A DNA stretch of 64,000 nucleotides from Vicugna vicugna (Eukaryota): contig MU058039.1 in assembly GCA_013265495.1 (NCBI GenBank), positions 1,118,591 to 1,182,590 on the forward strand, in the 5' to 3' direction. Made by a program: the position numbers and the translations under genes. The notes under the pieces are model-generated. The model worked only from the letters and a program-made list of their open reading frames with translations. It ran no database searches and was not told the origin of the DNA. Every line of letters begins with the position of its first letter. Within the stretch, counting starts at the first letter, position 1. Below, piece by piece: positions 37,401-50,780 of this stretch.

Positions 37401-40400
37401 TTATACAGAAATTGCTACCTATAGGTCAAATTAGCTTAGTATAGTAAGAGACAATAAAGTGTTTTGTTTCTAGGGATAGCTACAAACATAGAAACACAGC
37501 CCTGTGGTTTAGTTGGCTGGCCACCTTCCTGAATCCCAGCTCACTGTCATGTCGTGCTCAGGGGCAGCCCATTGGTCTCTGTGTCCCGAGCTGAGCCTGG
37601 AGATGTGCGGTACCAGGAAAAGAAGCAGTCTGGGCTATCTTTGGTGGCCATTGTTATTTATGGGGCATTGGCAGAGAAGTCAGTGCTCTGGAAAATCTAG
37701 AAAAAGATAGAGGCTAAATGGTGTGGTTGAGCAGAATTTGATAGCTGCTTGATGCTCTCCAGGCCTTGGGGCCTAGAATGACATGGCTGCCCTGTCTCTG
37801 CTGTTGGGCCTGGCCTTGGGCTGCGTCCGCCACGCCCCCCCCCCACCTCCTTCACCATAGGTGTGAGCGATGCTGGGGAACCAGCCACTGTGTTTTCCAA
37901 GTCCAGGCCCTTGGGACCTTCTCTCTGTTCGGAAGACAAAACCTGAGACTGTTTCTCCGTTAAAATGCAACTTTGTTCTGCTGGAGAGGAGAAAAGCAAG
38001 AAAGAGATGGCTTGTTCGTGTGACGATAGTAAGGTGTACTCTGATATGCCTTTGAAAAGGACCCATTTGCCCAGCAGCCTTTGCTGGGTAATGAGAGGAG
38101 GGGAACACGGGGAACTTCATGGGAATCTGAAGCTGGGAATGGGGGGTGGGGTGGGGGAGAAGCTCAGCTTTTACCGCGGAGCAATCCAGTCTGTCTCTGT
38201 CTTGTAGGAAAGCAGTGGTGCTGGACGGTCTACCAGCTGGGTTCTATCCTGGGGGAAAAAATGTACTTGGATATTGGCCTTAGTGCTTTTTAAACATGTG
38301 TAAGCCTCTGCTCACTGATTCCATCTCACTTCCCAAAAACTTCTCAGCCTCGACAGCTCTCCCCTGGGCCTGCCCTCTCAAGGATCTCTGGAGACTGGCT
38401 AATTACCACCCCTGAGGGTGTGTGCGCAGCACCGTGTAATCAGCATGTGCTTGGCACCTCGTAAGTGCCAGGCGCTGTATTAGGTGCTGAGGATGCAGGC
38501 GTTGGCCCCTGCCCTCTCTTCTCAACCTCTCTGCAATGCACGATTCTTTGAAAAAAACCACCCCCCATGCACACACTTACGAACATACACAAAAGTAGAG
38601 AGAATCCTTGTGTACCCGTCACCCAGCATCAACAGTTACCAACATTTTGCCAAGCTTGTTTATCAGCTTCTCCCAACACCCTGTCCTCTCAGACTATTTT
38701 AAAGACGGCCCCAGACATCACCCATAAATGCTTCCATGTGTTTCTCTAGTAGATATGAATATGTGTGTTTTTGATAGAAACCACACACCATCATACTGGA
38801 TGCTTCTGAGCGTGTCTTAAGAAAAGAGTCCTCCCCTTTGCCTTCCTTGACATCACCTTCTCTCTGCTTCTCTACCTTCTCATCCTGTCTGTGAGTCCTT
38901 TCCCTCTCCCCACCTCTGAAATGTGGGCAACTCACCATGTCCTTTTCCCAGGAGGATTTTACCCCCCCACCTTCTTCCGGCCTTAAGTCCCACGCCAGTG
39001 CGAACAATTCCCAGGTCTCTAGTCCTGACTTCCCTCTCACACTCTGGAGCAGTTGTCTACTGGCATGTCTCTCTGTCCCCTGTTAGACTCGAGATCTTTC
39101 ATGGAGAAACTCTGTCTTATTCCAGCACCAGGCCTGACCATAGGGGAAGCTCAGGAAATGTTTGAATGAGTGACTGAGCGAATGCATGTGGGAAAAAATG
39201 ACCTCTTTGCTGAGTTTTAGACGTAAGATTCTGCACACCGACTGATTGTACAGCACCTACTTCACTCTTGGTGTGTCCCAAGCCAAACTCATTCCCGAGC
39301 CTCTCTCCCTAGGTTCTGTGTACCCAGGTTTAACATTATCACATCAAGTCAGAAACATTGGAATCATCTTCTGGCTTCTCACCATGTCATGGGCACCAAA
39401 TTTTTACTTATCTCCTTCTCTCAAATATCTCTCAGAATCCTTGCCCTCCTCCTTTCCTTTGCCACTGCTGTTGTCCTAACTCAGGACCAGGTGGTGAGTG
39501 CTTAGAAGTATAGATTCTGAGGTCAGGCTACCTGGGTGTGAACTGCAGTGTGGCCACTTGCTACCTTGAGCTGTGTAACTTTGGGGAAATGCCTTAACCA
39601 CTCTGTGAAGATAACACCTGTCTCCAAGGCTTGTGGCGAGACTTCAGTGGGTTAATACTGTGTGCCCTTTGCACCATGCTCGGTGCGCAGGAAGTGCTCT
39701 GATGTTGGCTTCCATCATCATCATCCCTGTTACACCATGTCCAGGTTTCCCGCAGCAGCCTCCTAACTGGCTTCACTCCAGTCTCCTACTTCACCTCAGT
39801 GGCTCCATGAATGTTATCTTTCTGAGACTTGTATCTAACCAGGTCACTCTGAGGAAACTTTTGTTACCCAGAGAACAAGTTCTGAGTTCCTGGGCCTCTC
39901 TACCTTCTGACCCCAGTTGACACCATCTCCTGCCACTTCCCTTTAGGGGTTCCCCAAACATCTCTTGCATGTTTGTGGGGTTTTTGCTGTTGATGTTCCC
40001 GCTATATGGAGTGACCTTCTTCCCAGGTCACCACCTATCAGAATAGTGCTCCTCTTTCACAGCCAGATCAGGTGTCGCCTGACCTCTGCTGTCCTCGGAT
40101 CACACTGTCCTACAGTAACTGGCTTACCGGTGTCCCTCTCTACCCAGGCCCTGCGCTCCTGCAGGATGGAATGTCAGGTTCTATACATCTCCCCAGACCC
40201 TGGGTTGTGATTCTCTTTACTTATCTTAAATCTCAGTTCCTCCAGGAGATGGGAAGCTACCTGAAGGCCAGTTTCACCTTAGTAGATGTTTAGTTAAGTA
40301 AACTGAGGATTTCTTATTCTTTCCGCCTCTAGTTCTTCCTTTTTTCCTCTTTGTTTTCTCGTCCAAGAGGACAGGATGCTGTGGAAGCTGGAAATTTGTG

Positions 40401-41720
40401 GTAAGGGGAGCAGCTGCCCGCTCTGGCTGCTCTGGTGTGAATTCAGGCTGCCTTTCTCAGGTTCCGTCTAGGGGCTCCAGGCCAGATGCTGGGGGGACTT
40501 TGGGATATAGGCCTTCTTATCTTCCCTTTGTTTGTTGCCCCACCTTACAGAAGGGAGCAGGCCTCAGCCATCTCAGACTGGAACGGCAGCACATGTGGTG
40601 TCTGCCTTCCTCCAGCCGCCTGCCACCCACCGAGCAGAGAGGATCAAAGGCTTTAGCAGGGGAGGAGACTGCCGGGGTTTCACGTCAGTGGAACCAGAGA
40701 CTCCTCTCTCCCCTTCCATAGCTTGGCCTGGCAGAACCCCGTCCTCCCCTCCATCTGGCAGGATGTAGGGGCTACCGTGGAAGGGGCTACAACCATTTGG
40801 AATAGATTTTGCATGGAGGATTTAAGATTTAAACCAGTGCTATTTTTCAGTGGCACAACTGTTTTTCAAGTTGAATCTCACATGGATCTGCCGTATTATA
40901 AAACAAATCAAATAGTTGTTGAGGTTAAATTTGAGTAGGGAGCAGCACCCCTGACCCCTGGCACCCCTCAAGGCAGAGATCTTTTAGGAATACTGTTTGA
41001 AAGTCACTCCTTGGTATCACTTCCACTTCTCTGCCAAAAGACGCATTCTGCTGTCCCTTTGTGAAGTTCATTGCGGTTCACCCTCGGGCCTGTTTCTAAA
41101 GATGGCTAGGGGTGAAGCAGTCAGTCCTGGGTCTGCATGTTGGATGCAGCTCCCTACTATGTGGAATAATGGTCTCCTCCTGGTTCTGTAGCAGAAGAGG
41201 CTTTGACAAAGGGCAGCATGTCCTAGCAGCTCTGCCTTCAGAGTTCTCTCCATCTTCACTGCGGTAAGCCTGCCATCCCCATGGCCACCAAAACCTAGTC
41301 ATGCTACTACACCCCATGACACCCTGCTACGGCTTCCTGCTGCTCTCAGAATAAGGCTTTATGTGAACCTCTCTGCTTAGGCCATGCCCACCAGGCCCCT
41401 TCTGCCTGAGGTCTCTCCTCCTAGAATGATCTCCCTCCTACTGTCAGCTGATTGGCTCTTTCTGCTGGTTCAGACTCAGACAGAGAGATTTTCACAGAGA
41501 GATCTTCCTTGACTGGCTGAACTTGATTCCCTCCCCGGCTGTCCCCCTCCTCCAGTTACTCTCTTTCAGGTTACCCTGTCTTACTGCACCACCACCATCT
41601 TATTGTCTTTTTTATGTAATGTCTCTTCCACTAGAATGTAAAACTTCATGAGGGCAGGGATGTTCGTTTAACCTCAGTGCTCAGAGTAGTTGGTGGTATG
41701 TGGTAGATGCCCAATACATT

Positions 41721-41750
41721 TTATTGATTGATTGATTGATTGATTGATTT
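41721..41750 (+). repeat. (ATTG)n tetranucleotide tail of an L2 element
   Basis: About 6 ATTG units following ctagaatgtaaaacttcatgagggcaggga. Confidence 0.75.
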
Positions 41751-44700
41751 TCAATACATTTTAAATTGAAATGAGTGAATGAAGTTTGGGAGAGGCTCAG
41801 AGCAGTGAGTCTCCCGCTTCTGGGGGCTGGGGCTGCCGGGGAGGAGGGATCTGAACCCAGCATTTTGGACCCACTCTGGGATGACTTTCTGGAATCCTGA
41901 GGCCTAAGCGGGGTCTTTGGTTCTCATGCAGTGTCGGGGCACTCAGACCTAACGGTTTTGTCCCCTAAGCCTCCAGCCCAGCGCCTACCTCTCCTTGTTT
42001 GGGCTCCTCTGGGAGAAAGCAGGTGGTCAGGGCTCTCTGAGCCCAGGACTTGCTGTTCTGCTCCAGCCTGAAATTGATTTCCTCCAGGCTCTGCCTTGAG
42101 CCAGGCCCTGTGAACAGAGGAAAGGGTCAAAGCCAGGCCTTCCCTGCCACGTGTCGTGTCGGGAAGAGAGTGATATAGCCACTCGGCCTGGGAGTCACCA
42201 ACCTTTCCCTCTCCTTCTCTAAAAAGCACACAGAGACAGTTGGGCTGCACCTTTGTTTTATGAGTCACCGGTGATAGCCCGTCATAAATTGTTTTTTCCT
42301 ATACTATCAGAGCAACTTTATCGGGCGTCTCCTGTGCAGTCTGGGAACGGATTTGACACAGGGTCAGTTAACACGCTGTGGAGTTGAAATCTGTCATTGT
42401 GCCCATATAAGGCAAACTCCTCTGGTTACTTTTTACCTTGGCAGAACCACAGGAACGTCAAGGTAACCAGGCCACCTCAGCATAGCTCTGATTCTTGCTG
42501 GGTCACCTGACTCGCCCGCCCTCTCCCATGACTCACCCTCAGCTCTGGGCTAGGCCTGCCTCACTGGTGGCGCTGGTGGCCCTGGAGGAGGTTGGAATTT
42601 GCCAAGGGTCTCCAGGACTGTTTGGTTTTGTGTCTTCCTTAAAGTAGGTCAAAAGAGAGAAACTCCGTGAGGTGCCTTCCATGGGGCCTGACAAAGGGAG
42701 AACCAGAAAACCAGAAAAGCAACCTTGGCCAGACTTGAGGTTGGGTAGGAGACAATGCGGGCACCAGCTCTGACACCTTCCAGCTGTGTGGCCACGAGCA
42801 GATCGCTTATCTGTAAAACAGCACTTAGAACAAGTCCTGGTACGAAGTAAGTGCTCAATAAATGTGAGTCATTTGTACAATTATGTCACGATATGCCCCA
42901 CCCAATTGTAAAAACACCTCTGCTCTTTTCCTTTGAGGCGCCGCCCCGTAGTAGCTTTAATAGGGCAGATTAAGCTGGTTCTTGGAGTCCCTCCCTGGAA
43001 AACTGAACCCACAGCTTCACAATGGCACCCCGTCCCCTCCCTCCTCCCTCCTCCCTCCTCCCTCCACACCCACACGCATACAGAGCAAGCCACTCCTCTG
43101 TTGTTACATGGCCGGGAGTCAGCTCTGCCTGAGAGTGAGAGCGGCAGGGGCCCCTGTCTCCTCTGACGTCACACTGCTCCTGGAGACAGCTGCTCCTTAT
43201 GACTGCTGTGTGGTTTAGCCAGGCCTTAGTACCAGCCCCAGGAAGGCCTGTAGGTTGGGCGAGCCAGGGTGAGAGTCTAGCCCTGTCACTCTGCCAGGGC
43301 AAACGGTTTCACCATTTTTAATAGAACAATTATGAGTCAAAGGTTTCAGGCTCTCTTTGCTGGTTCCTCCCAATCCTATAATTACCCTTTGGCTATAGAA
43401 CCTTATTTTGGTTTTTCCTTTTTTAAATCTTCCTAAGACACTGTTAAAATTGTCCATCTCATGTGTCCAAGGGGTCTAAGATGGAGTGATTATGGTAGAG
43501 AAAAAAAAGAGAGGCTCCAAATCCGGAGTGATTTCTTAACCCACAGAAATGGTGCCCCCCTCCCAGCACCCCCCCAGGCACCACCCTAGTACCATGCCAG
43601 GAAGTAGAGCCAGCGCCAGCTTACACAAGGCTAAGTGGATAGCCTCTGAACACCTCCAGTTGCCTCTTGGCAAACTGCAAACTCCAAGCCTGGAACTTCT
43701 GATCTGAGGCATCTCCCAGATTGATGGATTCACTCACTCCCTCATCCAGTACATGCTGAGCCTCAGCAGAAGGCACAGGCTGATGGGCACCCAGCACCTC
43801 TGCGGGCCCCCTGCCAGTGCTGGTCCACTCAGAGATGAGGGGACTTGATTATGCAGATAAACACCCAGTATTCTTTCAGCCTCCAAACTCACCGTGCTCT
43901 TCAAGGGGATCGTCTTTTGCTCAGGCTCAGAGTGGGCAGCCAGTGGGACAGAGTACACACGAAACAAGTGTGCGTCTGTGAGGGCTGGCCTGGGCTCCAT
44001 CCCCCCAACCCCGTGTGTCAAGAGTAGATTTCCTTGTTGCCCACCCCCACACACCCCTCCCTACTTTTCACTGAAGTAGGAGAAGGCCTCTGACCTGACC
44101 CGGCTGACTGATGAATCAGAACGTATCAAAACAGGAAAAAGGAAAAGGATCACTGAGGAGGAGTCTCAGTTGTCAAAGGCGACACCCGCTCTGCTGTTAG
44201 AGACCTCTCCGGGGCCTGGCACGGTTGTCCTGCTGCCAGCAAGGCCTAGTTTGCGGACCATGTAAATTGCAGCAGAAAACAAGCTGTCTGCTAGGAGGCA
44301 AACAGAGGGGGAAACGGGAGTGTTTGTGCTGCCTTCAGATGCCCCTGGCCTGTGGCACTTTTTTCACCTCTCAGTTCTTTTGGGGAGTTCCGGGGGTGGG
44401 CCACAGTGGCTCAGGGCAGAAGTAGCACTTTCCCAACGGACACTCGAGTCCCATCAGTGCCCCCTCTGACCTTTTCTTCCCAAATGCCAAACACCTGTTC
44501 TCTGGAACCAGTCCATGGGCGGATTTGTCCGGGCTAAAATATTCATTCTAAAGACTGGTCCTCTTAGGCACCTGTTACGAGTCCAAGCCTCACAGTCTCA
44601 AGGCCACAGTTGGCTTACTAGGCTATCTTTTTGAAGGATCAAAGTTTAAACCAGATGATCTTTAATCTCCCCTCCCAATCCCGAAACCTGAGCTCAGCTG

Positions 44701-45435
44701 TAAGCCATTGAAAATAAATGGGGTTTTTGTAGCTCAGGCTCTCTGTTCTCCAGGTGAAGGGCCCCCTGTGCCTGATTGTTTCACAGCAAAATGCCAGATG
44801 GGGCCATAGGAGATGGAGAGCAGAGCCCCAGCCTCGGCTGCTGCCCTAATTTAAAAATGGCCTTTTGGGAGTGGAAGTTTTCTCTTAAAGGTAGCTATTT
44901 CAAGGTAGACCTTACCCATCTCCTCTTCCTGCTTACAAGGAAGTGGAGTACTGCCTCCTGCCTCTTCCCTGTGGGCCCCACCTGCCTGTGGTTCTGACCC
45001 TTATCTCAGGATGGATTCTGTGTAGGGGGAGGACCCAGTTATTTGGAATGTAATCTGAGTAGCTTTGGGTGTGGTTTTTTTTGGTTTTCCATGTGTGAGA
45101 TGGTTCTGGAAAGGTCTGTTTGAGAACAGAGGAGAGCTCAGACTGGGACACCTTTTTACCCTGGACTGCCTATACCCTGCTTCTCTGTTTCATTTAGTTC
45201 CAAGGGTCTTGTCCAGTCTAACAAATGCAGTGGCAAGGGCTTCCTGATTCTACCTAGGCCTCAGTTCCCTCATTTTTAGAATTTTTGGCCTCTACTGAGG
45301 CTCAGCGCGTCCTGGATGAGGGAGTGAGTGAATCCATCAATCTGGGAGGTGCCTCAGACCAGAAGTTCCAGGCTTGGAGTTTGCAGTTTGTCAAGAGGCA
45401 ACTGGAGGTGTTCAGAGGCTATCCACTTAGATTTG

Positions 45436-45578
45436 AGTGGTGGTTCTCAACCCTGGCTTTATGTTAGACTCACCTGCCGAGCTTTGTGAAATATTGTTAT
45501 TCAGGACCACCTCCAGGGAATCTGATTCATTTGTCCTGGGGTGGTGAAGTTCAGGCATATTTGAGAAGCTCTCCAGTC
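45436..45578. mobile_element. MER5-type hAT DNA transposon fragment
   Basis: gtggttctcaaccctggc...tcacctg...tctgattca...ctggggtgg. Confidence 0.6.
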
Positions 45579-45599
45579 CCATACATTTGTTGTCTTCCC

Positions 45600-46500
45600 T
45601 CAGAGTGGGAGATGATATTTGCAGACCATACATCTGATAAGGGTCAAGTATCCAGAATATATAAGAACTCTCACAATGCAACAATGAAAAGACAAATAAC
45701 CCGGTTAAAAATGGGCAGAGGGCTAGAATGGACATTTCTACAATTAGAAAATGTCGTTACGGAAATGCAAATCGAAACCACAGTGAGATACCACCTCACA
45801 ACCACTAGGATGGCTATACTCAAAAAGTCAGGTAATAGCAAGTGTTGACAAGGATGTGGAGAATTTGGAGTCATCCATCGCTGGTGGGAATGTAAAATGG
45901 TGCAGAGTGTTTAGAAAACAGTCTATCAGGTCCTCAAGTGATTAAACACAAAGTTACCATATGACCTAGTAATTACACTCCTAGGTTTATACCCGAGAGA
46001 ACTAGGAACATACATCTACACAAAAATTTGTACGTAAACGTTTGTAGTGGCACTACTCATAGAAGCAGATGTATGTAATGGCAAAGGTAGAAGTAACCCA
46101 AATGTCCATCAACTTATGAATGGGTAAACAAAATATGATATGTCCACATAATGGAATATTCAGGCAAAAAGAAATAAGATACTGACATCGGCTACAATGT
46201 GAATAAACTTTGAAAACATGCTGAATGAAAGAAGGCAGGCAAAGAAGGCCACATATTGTATGATTCCATTCATATGAAATGTCCAGATTAGGCAAATCCA
46301 TAGCAATGGAACATAGATTAATGGTTGTCAGGAGCTAGGGGGCAGGAGAAATGAGTTACTGCTAACAGTTCTGGGGTGAGGAAAACGTTCTGGAATTGGA
46401 TAGTGATGATAGTTGTTCAATCTCGTGAATACACTAAAACTCACTTATTTTAAAGGGGTGAATTTTATGGTATGAGAACTGTAATTCAATTTAAAAAATT
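45600..46500 (+). mobile_element. LINE-1 3' fragment (end of ORF2 plus 3' UTR; old L1M family)
   Basis: Decayed ORF2 C-terminal peptides WEMIFADHTSDKG..SRIYK and [18 protein letters not shown]; gctggtgggaatgtaaaatggtgca; A-rich end. Confidence 0.85.
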
Positions 46501-46543
46501 GATTTTTCCAAACTATGCACATGATTAAAAAGAGTACGTGCAT

Positions 46544-46680
46544 GGGGGTAGGGTATAGCTCAAGTGTTAGAGCACATACTTGACATACATGAGATCCTGG
46601 GTTCAATCCCTGGTACGTACTTTAAAAGTTAAATAAATAAACCTAATTACCTCCCCCTGCTCCCCCAAATAAATTAAAAA
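46544..46680 (+). mobile_element. tRNA-derived SINE (Vic-1-like) inserted just 3' of the L1 tail
   Basis: GGGTATAGCTCAAGTG...GGTTCAATCCC; TSD aaaaagagtacgtgcatg / aaaaagtgttcatgcatg. Confidence 0.85.
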
Positions 46681-46720
46681 GTGTTCATGCATGCCTCTGA
46701 TCCAACTACTCTAACAATGT

Positions 46721-46794
46721 TGTGTTAGTTATCTACTGCTGCATAACAAATTGTCTTTTCAAAGCTTAGTTGGCTTAAAGCAGTAAATATTATT
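46721..46794. mobile_element. MLT1 (ERVL-MaLR) LTR end fragment
   Basis: tgtgttagttatctactgctgcataacaaat...cttagttggcttaaagca. Confidence 0.6.
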
Positions 46795-49700
46795 GAGAGA
46801 GAGAGGGAGAGAAAGAACATGAACAAACCAGGAAAGGTCATAGGTATTTCTGTTGTAAAGCTGACGTTGTGAACCACTAGATTTGAAGGCTCTCTGGAAG
46901 CAAGAAGAACCAGATCTGATCATTATATTCCTTTACTCATTTGGTAGTCAAGTGGCCAGGCTACGAGAGGGGAGGTTGGGGGGAAGACCACTTTGTGTCA
47001 GTCTCCAGAAAGCAGCCAGCAGCTCAGCGAATCCTAAGGTGGGGGGGTCTGGCTTCAGCATCTGCAGTGCTAATACCAACAATGGCACCTTCTGGAGTAG
47101 GAGTAATACAGTAATGAATAGAACATCTCCTGAGCCCTCACTCTCTCGAGGCGGTGTGTGTGGTACTTTCTCTCTGTTGGTCCTGCTGAGTGCCCACATA
47201 TGTCATGTCTGTTGTCCTCATTTTGTAGAGGAGGAACCCGAACCCTCTAAGAGGTAGAGTTCATTTTCTGTGGCCACACACGATACGTGGCGAAGCGAGG
47301 GTTTGAACCCACATTTGTTTAGACTCGAGAGCCCTTACTCTAGAGCACTGTGCCATGTTGTCCTCTCCTCACCCTTGTAGACCCTGGGAGATTGACGTCT
47401 TGATGCATCTGTCAGCTCCTCGGACTGCCTCCCTCTAGCCCACCCACTGCTACACCACCCTACCCCCGTCTAGTCCTAGCCCCGCTTGAACCAGGATCTC
47501 TGCAAGGCCAGTGGCCTCCGATGCCTGAGTGAAGAGGGCTGCTGCGGACCCCTCTCTTCCACTGGAGTGACACATCAGGGGCAGTGCCTTCTTCCCTGGC
47601 TTGTTTTTGAAATAACTACAGCTCCAGGATTATTTCTGTGAACTCCTAAAAACAGGCAGGCTTATCTTAAGTAGGGACCCTCACCAGCATAAAATGGAAT
47701 TAGAAACCATGAAAAGTCCTAAAGGGCTGGACATGAGAAGCCTCAACCCTGTTCCATTCATTCTAGGGTTTCCTGAGCACCTACTATGTGCCAGGCACCA
47801 TTCCAGGCAGTGGGTCCTGCAGCAACCAGGACCCTGCTCTCATGGAGCTTATGTTACACATGACAGGGAGACAGGTTATAGACAAAGAACATAATTTCTG
47901 ATAGTAATAGTGCAGTGAATGAAACAAATCAGAGGAAGGTGATAGCATAGTGGAGATAGCACAGTCAGGGAGGGCCTCCTGGGATGTGAAGAGGGAAGTC
48001 CTGAGTGGTGAGAACTAACCAGCCTGTGAAGAGCTGGAAGAAGTCGTAGTCCAGCATTTCTCAGAAGGAAGGGAACTGCACTCCCAAATCAGTCTGTGGC
48101 GGCAACAACACACACGCTTTCTGGCACCTTGCAGGGGATTGGCCGAGGCAGAGTGTTGGCTACTGGGAGGGGTCATGGGGGAAAGAGCTGGTTTCTGGAT
48201 GGACACGCAGGGCCTTTGGAATGCTCGCTACTCCACTCCGCGGTATTTATACCTTCCCTCCGGGGAAGTCGGAGCTTTTTCATGTAGGCTGAGAAAACTC
48301 CGAATAAGGCAACGCTAGGCCAGGACATAAGAAAGAAGCATTCCATATTTCCCTGTAATCACTTTCAAATTAGGTTCTGACGTCATGGGGCAGGCACAGA
48401 GCGTGCTGGCTCTACCCCAGTTGGATACAGAGCTGGGTCCTGGACAGATAGCCAATATGCCCCTGTGCTGCTGTACCACCAGCCCTGAGTACCTATGCTG
48501 TCCGGGCTGCCTGAGTCCCACGTTACTGCGCCTGTCTAAATTGTGGTCATGTCATTGTGACCTGTTAATTTCTGTTCTCTCAACCTGGCTCCTGTTATTT
48601 ATCTTCTTCAGAATCAGGTAAAGGCAACCAATCTTCAAAAAAGTGCTCACATGTATAATCTCAAAACTATTCCAGAGGCTTCTCAGAATCCCTGGATGGG
48701 TCCATGTAGATGTTGCCAAGGTGATCGCCTTTTTGCCTGTGCCGCTGGTAACCCAGATTCCAGAAGGCTTAGCCATCGGATCCTGAAAGCGCCCTTATAC
48801 TTGGTAATGAAGGCCAGGGGCCAGGGGAGCAGTCTCTGCTTTCAAGAACTGAGAAGATGCCCCACTGGGGCCAGGCTCTGTCTGAGGCTGGGTAGCAGCC
48901 CGGCAGATGGACGATAAGAAGGGTGGTTGCCTACCCCGGGAATAAATAGCTGTCCCTCCCCTGTGTCCAAGCCCCCGACACCCTTCCTGACGTCTTGTGG
49001 AAGCAGGAACCATGGGCAGCGTCAGAGGCCACAGCAGACAAGGTGGGAGTTCAGGCGGTAGGACGGCGTCCTCCCCCTCAAAGCAGCTGGTGCCCCAGCG
49101 GAGCGGCAAACCCAAGACGGTATTAACAGAGACTGAGGTTTGAAAACTCCCAGCACCCTAGGGAACCCTGTCTTGCCTCTGAGTACCCTGGGGAAGTTTG
49201 CTTTGGCCCGTTAGTCCAGTCAGCCCTGGGCCAGGGGAAAGATACTCAGCTGGTCCTTCTGGGTCAGGCTGTTGGCCTGTGATGTCCTGCTGAGGGGATG
49301 GGCGGTACACACAGCAGAAGACGGGAATGCAGCACGAGGCAGCGAAAGGTTTTTCCTAACATCTCGTCCAGTGCGGAGTCAATGGAATCCACATGTGAGC
49401 ATCTGCTGGCGGACTGGAATAGTCAGCCCCCGACCCGGGTCCAGGAGGCCTCCTCCGCCGGCGCCAAGAATCAGAGCCGGCAGCCCACCCCAGCCCGGGG
49501 TCTTGGGTGAGCCTGCATCTAGGTCCAAACCGACTTTGCAAGAGACTCCCTCTCATCTGGGTTTAGCAGAACTCCGGCTTCCAACCGACATTTCCCTCTG
49601 CACCACCCCCTTCAGGACTAAGAGCATGTTTTGTAACACGCAGTCTTTGGGAGGGAAGGGGAAGGGAAATGTTCCCGACTGGGTTAGCCGCATCCCACCA

Positions 49701-50624
49701 GAATCCTTTCTTCTTGCCCTTGCCATCACTCTGCTCCCTAGACTCGGTTGCCCCGTGTCTTTTGAATGTTCTGTCTCTTACAGGGTGATTGCCCCAGAGT
49801 TGAGAGGGTTTACCTCCTCGGGTTGGGGGAGGGAGTCATCGATGAATGGCTCGTTAAAGCCCACTGCTGCCACATTCCTGGCTGCTTAGGTCACCTCCTG
49901 AACAATATCCATCATTCATTCACCCAGCCGCCCCACATCCTGGCAACTGGGAGGGGTCCCTGTGACACAGGAAGGACTTTATGACAACGATGCTCAGCTT
50001 TCTCCCCCTCCCCCAACACAGTGACAAAGCAGAAACAGCGGGGGGTGGGGGGCTCTGAGGCTTCTCTTCCGGGGTGCACCATGGGCCTCTGCACAGGGAG
50101 TGGTGACAGTGGATCCCAAACAAACCCACAAGCCCATCCTCTCTTCTCCCACCGCCCCCTCTCCCCCCTCACACCCTGTGCTATTTTAGCAACCAGAGAA
50201 GAATCTTTAACAGGCTGCCAGTGTGCAGAGGCGAGTTCTGAAGACTCTTCTCTGTGGTTTTTTTCACATGTGTTCTTAAAGGCAAGTGAGTCCACATCCT
50301 TCCTTCCTCCCTTGATAGGTCAAGGGTGGGTGCACGCTCCCTTCACAGGACAGCAGGGCCAGGCCTGGTGCAGAAGGGCTACCGCTGGCACTGTTTGCCT
50401 GCCTCCCACACTGGGCTCAGGCTGCCTTTTAAGAAGCAGGTGGGCTTTGGGGGAAACTGCCCTGCCTGCCTCCCTTGCTCTGGGAGCTCACCTCCAGCCT
50501 AGGGACTGAGGCAGGACTGGGGCCCTTCTTGACTCAGTTCTGCAGGCTTGCAGGCTTTGCTTTGTCAGGTTGGTACGTAGCATTCATTCCACTCAGAGGG
50601 ATGAGTGGCCACTCTGTGTTTTGT

Positions 50625-50780
50625 GTTTATTAGCTGTGTGGCCTTGGGCAAGTCACTTAACCTCTCTCTGCCTCAGTTTCCTCGTCTGTAAAATGGAGAT
50701 GATGCTATCTCATATGACCACAGGGTTGGAGATTCTAAAGGACTGCTATGTGTAAGTGGTAATAACTAGCACTTAGCAGT
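50625..50780 (+). mobile_element. MIR SINE
   Basis: tagctgtgtggccttgggcaagtcacttaacctctctctgcctcagtttcctcgtctgtaaaatggaga, well-preserved core. Confidence 0.8.

Noticed and set aside
45486..46301. ORFs with L1 ORF2-like peptides
   Set aside because: Decayed LINE-1 with stops and indels, not a gene or an active element
49272..49889. 205-aa plus-strand ORF in ACTN4 intron 1
   Set aside because: TTG start, no domain features; consistent with chance in GC-rich DNA
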